Source: Octopus bimaculoides (Eukaryota). From it: a DNA stretch of 64,000 bases. The stretch spans positions 109,300,731-109,364,730 of the forward strand of contig NC_068982.1 in NCBI RefSeq assembly GCF_001194135.2. Reading direction: 5' to 3'. The notes below the pieces were generated by a model that searched no databases, was not told where the DNA came from, and saw nothing but the letters and a program-made list of their open reading frames with translations. Of this stretch, positions 37,963 through 51,399 are shown one piece after another. The stretch's first letter is position 1; each line of letters opens with the position of its first letter. Made by a program: the position numbers and the translations under genes.

Positions 37963-39829
37963 TGCCTATGTGATTTTGTGGAAGTTATGCTTTTTTTTAC
38001 ATTTTTCTCGTTACTATACGCATCTATAATGATGGTTGCAACAGCAATAAAGTACAGACATTTAGACATTTGACATTTAAGAGATAATTTACAATGTGCG
38101 GTTATCCTTGTAAATTACTACATTATTTTAAAGATAATAATAATAATAATGATAATAATAATAATAATAATCCTCTTTCTAATCATCATCATAATCATTG
38201 CGAACATTTATTTATTTATTTTTACAATAGTTTCATACAATCTTTCGCTGCAATACCAGAAGCAGGTCTGTGTTGCATGTGCAGTATTGTTTCTCCTTTT
38301 AGTCTTATTCGGGTTTCTGCTTACTGACTGTATCTGTTTCGTTCGGTGTTAGAGTGTTGTGTTATTGTTATTGTCAACCTCCAGGTGATTTTGACTGAAC
38401 TTTTTTATGACCAAAGGTATGTCAGCCTTGAATACCCTATCGTTTTTTGCAAGACAAAGTACGACCGGGCTCACATTATCTGGTATGTCTTTCATTTTTA
38501 GTGCAATAGGATGTAATTTGCGTTATTTCTAGAGGTTCAAACAACTTCATAAAAGTTCTCTTGTTTGTGTGTAGTTTACTAGGCGGGCTAAAAAAATTAA
38601 TGGAATTCCAACGATCGGCATGGGAGAAGGGTCTCAGCATTAACAAATATAGAAATAACACTAGGGATGAGAGAGTTGCGAGGCAGAGAAGATATGTTTC
38701 AATCGTAGAGTTGTTTAGCACCGGTCTGTTCCTGATTCGAGCAAACTCGAGATCAAAAAGACATTTTAACCATGACTATCTTGTACCTTACTGTGACTAC
38801 ACTGTCTCTCAATGTATACAGGACTATTTTATACAGTGCGCCATTCATTATTTTTTAATAGCGGCGAGATTGTAATTTGAATGATATCTACTTGATATTT
38901 CAGGTCGTGACAACGAATAGCGGATCTCCTTTGCTTCGAGTTTATTCCTCATTATCATGCTAATATTGTACAATTTAACATATTATGTTGGATTTGCGTA
39001 TTTGATATATCAAGCGTGCGATGTATATTATGAAACTTTTATAATATACATTTCAGGTAGGGTTTTGCGTTGAATGTGAACAGAGTCTTGTAGGAGTATT
39101 TTCTAGATTGTGTCCAAAGTCACAACCCCTTAGACTAATTAGATCTTGACTCTATACCTTGAATTGTTAATTTTCTTTCATAGATTTTTAGTAACCGGAT
39201 ATTAGTCTTGTGCAAGTCTATCTCAACGTCATTTTAGTTTCGCATTGAATCAGTCATGCTTAACATGAACTATCTTTATATTTCTGAGTTTCCCTTTTAA
39301 TCTGTCGTTCTTTTTTCTTAAACTGCTTCATCCAACGTTTTTAATTATTTACCCTCAGAATCAGGCAATACGTATAGTCTAAAACGTGTTTCGTGTTTTT
39401 CATGTCTCCTTATGTTAACCTTTACTATTATGTATATTTAAGACTCAAAGCATATATTTTACAATTTTTTATCTATTTGTATAAGAACCTTCTCTACATG
39501 TAACCACACACACACACATATATATACATATATATGTATATATACACATACATACATATGTATGTGTGCGTGTGTGTGTCCTTATTGAGCCAGAATGCAA
39601 CTTATTTTCGGATTTCTCTTTAAAAGCTTTCCACTTTATTAAAGTACAGCTGTACTTTATGTACTAGAGATATGGTGTATTTATAAGTATTATGTCATTT
39701 CTTGCTTTAAGTTCGTTCTTTTATACTAGTTGCTAACCGAGTATTTTAGACTATAATATTAGTTGACTTTCTTGGAATACCATTATCTAATATTCTCTTC
39801 ATTTGTCTGTTGTGCCTTTCAGAGTCTTA

Positions 39830-40245
39830 AATATTAATAACTGGGTAAAGTGGCGCGCTGACAGGATTGTTAGCATATCGGGTGAAATGCTTCACAATAT
39901 TTCGTCCGTCTTTACGTTCGGAATTCAAATTCCTCTGAGGTCGACTTTGCTTTTCATTCCTTCCGGGATCGATAAAATAAGTACTAGTTGAGCACTGGGT
40001 CAATTTAATCGACTTATCCTCTCCCCCCATAATTGCTAGCCTTGTGCCAAAATTTGGAACTAATATTATAAGCTGGGAAGGTGGTGAGCTGGTAGAATCG
40101 TTGGCACATCGCGCAAAATGCTTAGAGGCATTTCGTCGGTCTTTACGTTTTGAGTTCAAATTCCACCAAGGTGACTTTGTACATCTTTCGGTACCAGTTG
40201 AACTCTCAAACTTGCTGGCCTTGTACCAAAATTTAAAACATATAT
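39830..40245 (+). mobile_element. Two head-to-tail SINE family B copies
   Basis: Heads at about 39845 and 40075. The second copy has internal deletions. Confidence 0.85.
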
Positions 40246-40644
40246 TAATATGTGGAGCTTTAAAATGAATTTGTCACTTTGAGCGAGTCGGCTTTAGCAC
40301 TTTTGTTAAATTTCATATTCATTTTAATATCTTTTCTGTGCTGTTCCGACTGTAGTACAGCTTTCGCTGTTCTATATTTGTCTGTTGTCTCTTGTATATA
40401 CAATCTTAAAATCATGAACGTAAATAGTTTATAATTTAATAGATTTTGCATTCATGGCAGACCTGATTCAACAGACTTGTTACCAGAGTTAGAGCAAAAG
40501 AGAAGAATAGTTGAAATTAGGATTCTTCGTGAAAAATTCCTCTTATGTGAAAGTAAAACCGGTATTTATTTTCTGCGAGGGAAATGGAAGTTTTCCATAT
40601 TTAGCTACATTTCCCGATTGTAATCAAGCGTGAAACTTGAAATA

Positions 40645-41893
40645 TTAGCTTGTTTCACATGAAATGTCGCATTTTTAATTACTTGTTATTTCAGTCATTT
40701 GAAAACTCAGTTATGTGTACCTTGCATTTAAACTTGATTCTTTTTTCATTCCCAACAATGTTGGTATACAAAATTCGTACCCACACACCTTATGAAAATG
40801 ATAACAGCCAAACTATGTTGAGTGATTTTCTTGTATGAGTACAAAATGAGTCACTCTGTCGCAGAAGCTTTACGGAATATCAAGCAGGCCTTTGGTGATG
40901 GTTTTGTTGACATCAGAACTGTTCAGAGATGGTTCCAAAGTTCTCATTCAGGAGATGATAGCCTTGAAAATAAACTAAGGGGTAGGCCAAAATCAGTTAT
41001 TCGGCATGATGGATTAAATGTTTTGGTTGAACAAAATCCGAGAACAAAGGTTCGAAAACTTTCATCAGAACTACAAACATCTCGCACAACATTTTTTGGA
41101 TACCTGTTAAAAAGTGGAAAAGTCAAGGAAACAGGTTTGTTCCACATCAACTGAACGAGATTAAAAAAAAACAAAAAAAAAAACAGACGCCTCGAAGTGT
41201 GCTCCTTATTGCTTTCTCGGCTGGAAAAGATCATTTTTGCATCAAATCATTACTTGTGATGAGAAATGGATACTCTTTAGCTGAAGAACAGGACAGTGAT
41301 TAGCTGCGGGAGGGCCACCTAAACACTACCCAAACCTACCATTGCACCCTAAAAAGTTGCTGGTCACTGTATGGTGGTCTGCGAAGGGAGTTATTCATTA
41401 TTCATTTTTGCAACGAGGAAAAACGGTAACAGCAACATCATATTGCCAAGAAATTGATTGTATACATGAGAATTTGAAAAAGAAGCAACCCAGACTAGTG
41501 AATAGAGACGGCCCAATTTTGCTCTACGACAATGTACCTCCTCACACTCTTCAAGCTACGGTCCAAAAGTTGCAAAGCCTGAATTATAAAATTTTGCAGC
41601 ATCCTCCTTATTCCCCTGATATCTCTCCTACTGATCATCACTTATTTAAGCATTTTGAGCTTTTCATAAGGAATAAAATATTCTTAAACAGAGAAGAGGT
41701 AATTGAAGCATTCAGAAAGTTTATCACAGCGAAAGAGGAATTTTTAAAAGATGGAATTTATGACAGAGAAACGTTGAGTAAACGTCATAAATGAACATGG
41801 ATCATACTTTGATTAAATAGATCAGTTCTCTAATACTTCTGAAACATTTTATTGTTACCTTTCAAATACGACATTTCATGTGAAACAACCTAA
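40645..41893 (+). mobile_element. Full-length DD34D mariner (1249 bp), transposase disrupted
   Basis: TIRs TTAGCTTGTTTCACATGAAATGTCGCATTT and its inverse (28/30) with TA on both flanks. HTH in ORF 40822-41154, ITCDEKW at about 41250-41270, and YDN...SPDISPTD in ORF 41342-41794 with 34 residues between the second and third Asp. Frameshifts and stops lie between these segments. Confidence 0.96.
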
Positions 41894-42181
41894 TAGTAAG
41901 CAATAATCAAAGCAAAATCATTAGTCATATTAAGTTGTTGTGTGATGGGATATCTTATACTTCTATTAAAATATATTTGTTGGAAATTTTAGGACAAGAC
42001 ATTTCATTTTTCTTTTTTAGTTAGACCAAACTATGGATGTATTCGTATTTTTTTTTCTCACAGCATACTAACAAAACGCACTTTCTGAAATTTATTGAAA
42101 TTGTTTTTGTCGAATTCTGGTAATTAAACTGAGTTAAAATAAAACTATATATGGAAAAACCATGCACATAATTTAGCTACT

Positions 42182-42258
42182 TTAGGGAAATCAAATGTAG
42201 CTTAGGGAAATCAAATGTAGCTTAGGGAAATCAAATGTAGCTTAGGGAAATCAAATGT
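42182..42258. repeat. 20-bp minisatellite TTAGGGAAATCAAATGTAGC, about 3.9 copies
   Basis: Perfect tandem copies directly visible. Confidence 0.97.
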
Positions 42259-43043
42259 TCTCGATAAATAGAATACTTTATGTATCTTTTAACCAATATT
42301 AGACTATTGGTTTGAACAACTTTATTGTATTCGTGTCTTTCAACCACCTAAGTTCTAGGCTTTTCCCTCTCCTTCTTTATGAACCCTAGCGCATTAACAT
42401 TTCTAATTTCTCCGTCTTTTCAATCCCGAACATTGCTTTTGTATTTTTCTTTCACGCCCATTCCACAAGACCTACTTCATCGTTACTCATTCTAATAACG
42501 TCACTCTATCTCCATTCTTCTTCTTCAAATTCATTTCTCTCACGGCACCCTTTTTCACCTCTTTTCTCACTTTCTATCTTTCTCAGAAGTATTTCTTTAT
42601 AACCTTTTAGCATTCTAATTCTCCAACCATCACTTTACTACGTTACCTAAAAGATCACTCAAAACGTCTAGACTTGAGGTAAACATACCCAACTTCAACT
42701 TATATATCTTTATCACCTTTGTTTTGAAGTGTCAGATTTTTAATCACACCGTCATTTTCCAGATGATCCATATTTACACTTAAATAAAATAAGCAAAATG
42801 TGTGCGCTAATAGGCTACTAGAATACATTTTTGAGTGTGTGGATATATGTATACGAATGTGTGATAAATGAGTTATTTGTCTTAGTATACATTTGATGTC
42901 TGCTGCTTATTTCCTTCATTGGCCAACAAATTATGGAGCACATTGCGTATGTATATCACTGTAATTGTAGTTCTATCGTCGATTATAAGTCTTTAATTTT
43001 CCCCGGGTTCGAATGTATGTATGTTCGTTTGTGTGTGAGTGTG

Positions 43044-43086
<43 letters not shown>

Positions 43087-43414
43087 AACACCGGTATATG
43101 TGGTGCATAATTAAATTTACTATACATGAGAAAATCCAATCTTTTTCTGTCTACTTTTTCTTTTGTGTATCTTTTGCAATGTCTATGTGTGCCTGTGTGT
43201 ATATGTTGAGGTAATGCGTATCTGTAATTCCATCTCTCACTACTCTGTCTCTCATATCATCAAGCAGACTAATTTATCTATCATGCTCTCCCGCTTGTTT
43301 GTAAATAACCATTGCGAGAATAGTCGGCGGCTGAATTCTAACAAGATTTCTACACAGCTGTGCATGGATAAGAGTTCGTAACATTTCCAGTATAAGGTGG
43401 ATTTTCGGCGTAGA

Positions 43415-43503
<89 letters not shown>

Positions 43504-44764
43504 GAGTGAAGGAGGGAGGGTGGGATAGAGTGAGTTGCAGAGAAACAAACACATCTAATGCCGACTTTGATCATTATTTCTAGTATATGTTATGATATTT
43601 TAATTAGATTATTGATTATATAGTTAATCCTTTACATTGCAAACGACTTGTAAAGATTAAAATTAATCTTAAGAATGCACCTTACAAAACAATATAGTAT
43701 AATAACCAAGATGTAGGCTATTTACAGCCTGGTCAAAATAGAAGACTTTTGGAGTATTAGAGGAAAGTTCGACATTTTGTTTATGTCATCTCTGGCATCT
43801 CTGTGTACAGTTTAAACTTTCAAGAATCAATGCCCCAGTCCATATGGCTATAAATAAGTTATATATGTATTTTCTCGTAGTAAGTATTAGGAGCACTATA
43901 AAACTGACAACTGAAATGAGTTTTGTTATGTCCCACAACTACATACGTACAATTTACACACAAATATACACATAGATGGGTAGTATATTTAATCTGATCT
44001 GTAATATCCAATTACAAAGCATTGCGTACTTTTTCCGAACATACATGCATACATACATGCATACATACATACATACATACATACATATGTGCAAACTGTA
44101 CACAACTTTGTGAAGAAGAAGCAGAAGAAGAAGAAGAAGAGGAGGAGGAGGAGAATAAGAATTAGAGGAGGAGGAGAAGAAAAAGAAGAAGAAGAGGATG
44201 AGAAGAAGAAGAAGAAGAAGACGAATGACACACTTTGTGGTCAAAAGATTTTCCGACAAAGACAGACATTGCAGAAGAGTGAACAAGCATCAGGAATATT
44301 CTGTGCGCTACAAATCTTATTAGTCAAACATTGGCAGAATCGACAATGACAGTAAAAAAGATGTTCAAAATAAGGATTTTGAATATATGTCAGGACCTTT
44401 GACTGGTTTATATCATACAACGGTTTCTTTCGATTTTTATTATTTGCATCGTTGTTTAATTCTAATTTACACGCTGTTAGGCACTGGTTGTGAAGCTGTC
44501 CAGTAGAGTGTCAAACTAATCTCAAACTTTTTGTAGATTTTCGATCGATATTTCAATGTTGCCTACTTCATGATCAATAATAGTATTTCTTGCCTCTGAT
44601 GGCATGTTGCAGATGTTAATGGGAGCAAGTGGTGCTGAATCAGATATATAACATAAATCTGCATCTGAATGCTGACATGCATTTAATAACTTCTGCTTCT
44701 TCACTTTGGGTCATTGGTGTCAGATTAATTTTCAGAATTCCTACAAGGCCATTTGATACTATTG

Positions 44765-45290
44765 AGATTTGATGCAAATTTATTTTATTTTCACTTGATG
44801 AACTTGGTAGAAGAATAAGAGCCCATAACCTCTGAAAGCACCCCACGAGACATGTAAAACGGATGCTGTTAATGTTCCGTGCAAACTATTGTGCATCAAC
44901 ACCTGTATGAAAGATATGAGTGAGAGATGGTTCAAGAAGGCCGATATTCTAGGAACGAAGGGTTGGGGAAAGGGGAATTTGGAGACGCTCCAAGGTTGGC
45001 GAAAGATGAGTGACAATTGGATCGTGGATGTCTGAGTGGCGGGTGCCCGAGTGGTGGATCAATTAGATCCGAGTAGCAGAGGCCATTTAATAGCATTAGA
45101 AAAGACAGAGAGAACAGACAGTATGCCTGTGGACCAATGACTGGAGTGTCTCCATTAGTGTTCGTTAGTAATGTCAATCAACCAAATAACCCTTCTCTGG
45201 ATGTGAGCCAGAATGTTAGTGTGTAGTAGTAGCAGAACCTTCCATTGCATGTCAACTGCCCAGCGGTTAGTTGACATGCTGTGCGTTGAT
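44765..45290 (-). mobile_element. CR1-group LINE 3' remnant
   Basis: Minus strand NILAHIQRRVIWLID, NGLCYSDL, FVPRISAF follows the LDRIQRRA...GxCSxEL...FFPRTxxLWN C-terminus of CR1/Zenon-like ORF2. Ends in an A-rich tail at about 44765-44785. Confidence 0.65.
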
Positions 45291-45399
45291 TGACAGCCTG
45301 TGTGTGTCAAAAGAATTTGCTATCTTTTGGTCTAGAAGAAAAAGATATAGAAGCGTTCAGTAGATTTATAAAAAGTAACTGCTTCACAATAATACTCTA

Positions 45400-45960
45400 C
45401 TGAATCCTTGCCGTACTAATATAAGGTATGGCCTCCAAATGGTAAGAATTAGAAGGCTTTTGTTAAGTAAATATACTTTCTAATCCCTCAAAGTTCACTG
45501 CTATTTTAGCATTATCCTTATTTCTATTTTATTCAACGTTCTCATCGTCAGAAAATTCTATTTCATAATGCATTTTCTCCCAAAAGTTCTCAAAAGATAA
45601 AAATCTCTCGTAAATCTTAAATTACAAGAAGCTAGTTTACTCTTTGAAATAAATATTGTCTATTCGGCACGTGGTGAATCAAGTTTGCCTAAAACTACTA
45701 CTGATGAGTATTTTGTCTTTGATGTTTTAGAGAGTATGTTTTCAAAAAGAAATCGGAGCAAAAGGAAATAAATTCATTTTATGATTCCCTAACAGATAAC
45801 GTGTTTGCAGTTCTTCTCTTTTTCTTGGTTTTCTCTGACCTTTCTGACACGGGTTTCAAGTGTAGGATCCCATTTAGACAAAAGTTCAATCAGCCCACGT
45901 AAGCTACCACTGTAAACATCGGCAATTAGAGATGAAGGGCACCACGAAATGTTAACTATC
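45400..45960 (-). mobile_element. hAT transposase remnant
   Basis: LTFRG, GLIELLSKWDPTLETRVRKV (45837-45896) and *NEFISFC match the AFRG...FLGLIELLAKxDPxL...SQNE signature of hAT/ZMYM1-like transposases. Confidence 0.65.
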
Positions 45961-46227
45961 TTTCAGATAAAAATGAATTAATGCCAATCAGATGAGTAAA
46001 ATACAAGACTGGTTAGCCTCCGCTACCACAATATGGTTATATGCAAGATGTCTATGAATATGTTTGAACGAATTCACTATTTGTGTGAGTTTATGAGGGT
46101 GTATGTGTGTGTGCGTATACATGCGTGCGTATATGTGAGTGCGTACGCGCGCATGTGTATAAACATACATAAATACATACATACATATATATATGAACAC
46201 ACACATATACATATATATGTACACACA

Positions 46228-46279
<52 letters not shown>

Positions 46280-46339
46280 CGTGACCGACTAGATTATCGG
46301 AAGTTGTTATACATTGCCGGTTACAATGCTCATTGCATC

Positions 46340-46570
46340 GTTTTAGTTTTCGCATGATGTCAACTCACTGACCATGCGAGCTGGCCTACATTTCCCCTGA
46401 TCGGAGGCTATTCCGTTGTAAGGTTACCCATTTACAACTGAATGAACTGGAGCAGTGTTAAATGAAGTGTTTTGCTCAAGAACACAACGCACTGTTCGGT
46501 TTGGGAATCGAACTCACGATCGCTAGCTCGCCAGTGTAAGACCTTAACCACTAGGAGATGCGTCTTCATA
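46340..46570 (-). mobile_element. SINE family C (tRNA head with CORE-like domain)
   Basis: Minus strand CCTAGTGGTTAAG...GAGTTCGATTCCC (A/B boxes), then GTTGTGTTCTTGAGCAAAACACTTCATTT...CAGTTGTAAATGGG, resembling the CORE domain. Confidence 0.75.
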
Positions 46571-46638
46571 GACACACACATATATTTGTATATGTATAAA
46601 ATCGGTTAGTAGTTCCTAAATCCGGAAAGAAGCGCTCT

Positions 46639-47990
46639 CTAAAATTTTGATAAGTTACTTGGATCAAACGTGTTCTTCAATATCCTTGCTCTCTTGGTCA
46701 AGAAGTGTGTACATCGTTTACTCCCGTTAAGGTGCAGTCCAGATTGTTCTAAGCGCTTCCGTTTAATTTTGTACGGGTTATCCTTTTCTTCTAAGCACCA
46801 TTCATAGCTGGCCAAAGGTGTAACATTGCGCCTCTTTGAAATCTTAAAAGAGGACTTGCGATTGTTAAGGCGTTGCTTGAAGTGAACCACTGTAGCTCCA
46901 ACATATTCCCGTGTCTGTGTCCTAGTGCTGGTGGTGCTGCACCTGTTGGTGTTACCACAGCTATTGCTGCCGTTACTGTTGCTACTGCTAGACACGTTTC
47001 TGGTGCAACTGCTGTTATTACCGTTGCTGCTGGTATCGCTGCTGTTTTTGATATTGTTACTGGACGTAATGCTGGTGTTGCAGTGGTTGCTGTTGCCGCT
47101 GCCATCTCTGTCGTTGCTGCCTATACTGTTGGACGCGTTGTTGATGCTGCTGTTGCTGTTGTAGCAGTCGCTATATTTACCGTTGCCGCCGGACTTACTA
47201 CCGGTGCTGCTGCCGCTGCTGCTGTAGTTTTTGTCGCTGTTGTTGTTACTGCTTGATACGTTGTTAGTGCTACTGTTGTTGCTGCTGCTCCCATCACTGT
47301 CACTGTTGTCGATTCTGCAGGACACCAACTCGGCCTCATAGACCACGGACTCTGAGTTGCATCGACCCCATCACTGAGCACTGCATGGGCATCATGCGTC
47401 TGTGCTGGGTTTAGAGGTGTTCACTAAAAAGTTTTTAATGCTGTGTGCATAACTGAAAGAGGCCCTAAAGTTGTGCTTATTAAACAATCATCTGTCCCAA
47501 TGGGATTGCATGAAGTGCTTGTCCGCTAACCTAAGGAATATTATTCTCATACTGGTTTTGATATTGGATGAAAAAGGTTAGGTGAACCAAATGACTTTAC
47601 GGTGGTGCTTCATTTTGTGGATGCTAGGCCTCGGCATAAAGGGATCAAGAATCCCGGTGAGCTTGCTTGGTTCGGGGTCTTTATTAACCTCCAGAAGTGA
47701 AGTATTTAGTTGGTGCCCTCATCAGAGGAAATTCATGTTTGAAACATGGAATTCCCTGCTTACCGACTATCAACCGGAAATCGTGCATATGCTGATCATT
47801 TCAGAATCAACTGGAACCGATTTAAGGCAGATAACACCATCTTCTCACTGAAAGATTGTTGCTCAATAGAATTTTTGAGTACGACCTTGGCTGACGAAGA
47901 CCTTTTCCAATTTCCAGTTGTAGAGAGGTTATGTGCCTCCGGGCAACGAGTCTGACGGGCCACCTATACCGCTAAGAACGTTATACATAC
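46639..47990 (-). mobile_element. Penelope-like element remnant (RT C-terminus, linker and GIY-YIG endonuclease)
   Basis: RKVIWFT*PFSSNIKTSMRIIFLRLADKHF (about 47512-47601), CNSESVVYEAE, then YVGATVVHFKQRLNNRKSSF...LASYEWCL...NGSKRC in ORF 46639-47346. Confidence 0.88.
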
Positions 47991-49012
47991 GAAGCAAATG
48001 GCCAATTCTGTAATGTAATCGGTACGTTTATAGGATGAGCTACACAAATGATGCTAAGAAAAGAAGCGCTGACTGCATTGAATGAAAATGTATCAATATG
48101 GTTGACAAACTACTAGTTTATTATATGAAACCGCGCTTTAGTGAGCAAGTAGATGTAGCGAGCTAGTCATTGATACTCAAGCAGATGCCCATATTTTTGA
48201 TCAGTGTAGGAATCTCTCTGTGTATAGAAGCATAACCATACTTGATTCATGATAGATGTTTTTGTGGGGGCTTTGTCTATCAGACACAAATCAATGGCAT
48301 GAAACTTCCCAACCAAGAAATGAAAGACGGGAGGTCAACTAATTTCTCGTGCCCAACAAAAAGAAAAAAAAAATGAAAAAATGGAATACATTGATCTTAA
48401 GGCCAAATTTTTAAGCAATGCTCAAGTGGAAGTCAAAGGAAGAAAGTAAAAAACATGGAAACAAGAGGTAAAATAGGTAAGGAACTAAGTTGTACATATA
48501 TATATATAACAGCAGAAATTTCATAGCAAGATGAACACCTCGACTGGCCCACATAATATTGTTCAGATATTTGCAAAAATGTATGGTTAGAGGAGTGGCT
48601 GGGTGATTTAAAGTGAATAGCTGAAGCCGTGAAAGGGCTGGTAATTGCACCGAGCAATCTTTGACCACCATCATTAGGATCATGACTTTATATCTTCTAC
48701 ACTGCTCCCCCTTTCTTTTCAATCGTCCTTTACTGTCTTTCTGTTCTTATATGTGACCACAAAACTGCAGGTGTGTGTATTATCATGAAACTCATGTGAA
48801 TATATGTACTCTAAAATAATTTATATTCTTGCTATGAAATTATCTTCGGCCAGCCATAGCTGACACTTGCGCAAAGGACAATGTATGCAATGGGATCAGA
48901 TTTTGAAGTATGTGGTTTCTAAGCGGACTAATGAACCTTACAGTTACACATACACACACCACGCACACATGCACACATGCCGCATGTTGGGGTATGTGAA
49001 TGTATATGTTCG

Positions 49013-49069
<57 letters not shown>

Positions 49070-50684
49070 TTTCTTTCTTTCTATAGGCAACAATTATATA
49101 TGCAGACCAAACACACGCACGCATACACACATTTCCTTTTCTATATTGTTATTTATCCATTCAATATATAGATATCGATGAAGTATATATCAAGCAAGCA
49201 TACGTACTATCGATATTATCGACTGAACATTTCAAGACAGTGCCGCAGCATATTTGCAGTCTAATGACTGGAACAACTAAAAGGCTATACATACATANNN
49301 NNNNNNNNNNNNNNNNNNNNNNNNNNNNNNNNNNNNNNNNNNNNNNNNNNNNNNNNNNNNNNNNNNNNNNNNNNNNNNNNNNNNNNNNNNNNNNNNNNNN
49401 NNNNNNNNNNNNNNNNNNNNNNNNNNNNNNNNNNNNNNNNNNNNNNNNNNNNNNNNNNNNNNNNNNNNNNNNNNNNNNNNNNNNNNNNNNNNNNNNNNNN
49501 NNNNNNNNNNNNNNNNNNNNNNNNNNNNNNNNNNNNNNNNNNNNNNNNNNNNNNNNNNNNNNNNNNNNNNNNNNNNNNNNNNNNNNNNNNNNNNNNNNNN
49601 NNNATATATATATATATATATATATATATACCCATGTGTTTAAATATTAATGTATATATGTGTGTATATATACGCACATACATATACATACACGCGCATG
49701 CAAACATATAAATATATATATATATTATAAATATATACACGTATACATAAGTACATTTAAAGTTTATCTATGTACAAATATATATGTGTGGTGTGTGTAC
49801 TTGTGTAAGCATGCATGTGCGCGCTTGTTCGTGCGTGTATACTAAATTACAAATAGCGTATCTCCATTCATATATCTATATATATTGTCTGCAGACAATT
49901 CATTTCGGTTTGATACGTAAAACATCAGCTTTAGATGATAATTGTTCATATTTCTAGACCGATTACTTGTGTTTGCATGTGCTGCGAACCGTATTTTGAA
50001 AAATATTAATGTGCACATATAAACACACCTATGCGTACATGAATTTGTCTGATTAGATATCTACACAATAAATTTAGCGAAAACAGCTAAATAATCTTTG
50101 TCAGTAACAGACTGGATATTTTACCGACTGATTGGTCAACTGGTTCATTGGTGGCCTTATAAAACCTTTTATGTTTCTAATCGAAGCGTTCAAAAAAGAA
50201 TGCCGACCACTTTGGTTTCCGTTTGTAACAGCATTTCATGATTTTCAACGGTGAATTATTATGTCTACGAGCTGATATAATCTTCCCAGCCATCTTTTCA
50301 TTTGCTTCGTTATATGTTGCTTTCAAATACTTTACCATAGGCATACATAAATAAGTTCACAATCTACGTATTTGTTGTATATGTGGTTGAGCATTGAAAC
50401 TCCCTCAGATATCAGTTGCAACACATTAATATACAATAAAATTATGCCAACTGACTGTACACGCACTCACACACACACACACACGCACGCATACGCACGC
50501 ACACGCACACGCACACCCACGAACATACGCACGCACACACACATACACACACACAGACACACACACAAGCACGCACGCAATGCTGCAACTGATTTGTGAA
50601 AACCGAATAACTGGGCAGGAAATAATTCTAGATGGACAACAAGGAAATTCTTTCAGAGACAAGTCCAGTCAACAAAGGTGTTAA

Positions 50685-51222
50685 TATACTTCCCTGTAAG
50701 GTGACTAAATAGCAGAATCGGTAGCACGCCGAGAAAAATTCTTAATGGTATTTCATCGAATTTTACCGACGTCGACATTGCCTTTTATCCTTTCGGGGTC
50801 GATAAGTTCCATTTAAGTACCGGGGTCTATGCAATCCACTATTCTCATCCCTCAAAATTTCAGGTCTTGTATCTGTAGTAAAAAAAATATTACTTCTCTG
50901 TAAGGCGGTGAGCTGGTAGAATCATTAGCACATCGTGCAAAAGGATTAGCGGCATTTGCCTTCAATTCTTTCGTGGTCAGTCGATAAACTAAGTACCAGT
51001 TGATTGATGGAGCTGACGTAATCGACTTACTCCCTCTTCCAAAATTGCTGGCCTTGTGCCAAAAATTTGAAACCAATATTACTTCCCCGTGTGAAGGCAA
51101 CGACTTTGCCTTTCATCCTTTTGGGGTAGATAAAATAAGTGTTAGTTGAACACAGGGGTCGATTTAATCGACACACCCTCTCCCCCGAGCTTGGACTTGT
51201 GTCAACATTTGAAACCAATATA
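50685..51222 (+). mobile_element. Three head-to-tail SINE family B copies
   Basis: Heads at about 50695, 50899 and 51088, each with a different internal deletion. Confidence 0.82.
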
Positions 51223-51399
51223 AGTCATGTATATTTATGTGCACATATACTGAATTTTACGAAGAATAAGTTAGACAAACTCCAAAGGAAGAATATATCT
51301 CATAATGCTCTTGCAGTGCCAATGCTAGAAAGTAAGAGAACGTACTTACAGGCAAAATTTTCAAAATGTTTTATGTATTATTTCAATTTTATAAGTGGC

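Noticed and set aside
43954-44349. Poly-K/R/E ORF resembling a nuclear protein
   Set aside because: It is a (GAA)/(GGA) purine microsatellite.
44522-44760. Short minus-strand ORFs with protein-like composition
   Set aside because: No recognisable domain or convincing splice sites, and they are adjacent to decayed TE sequence.
45247-45279. Perfect 11-bp hairpin with an 11-nt loop
   Set aside because: It lies at the edge of a decayed CR1 fragment and is within chance expectation.
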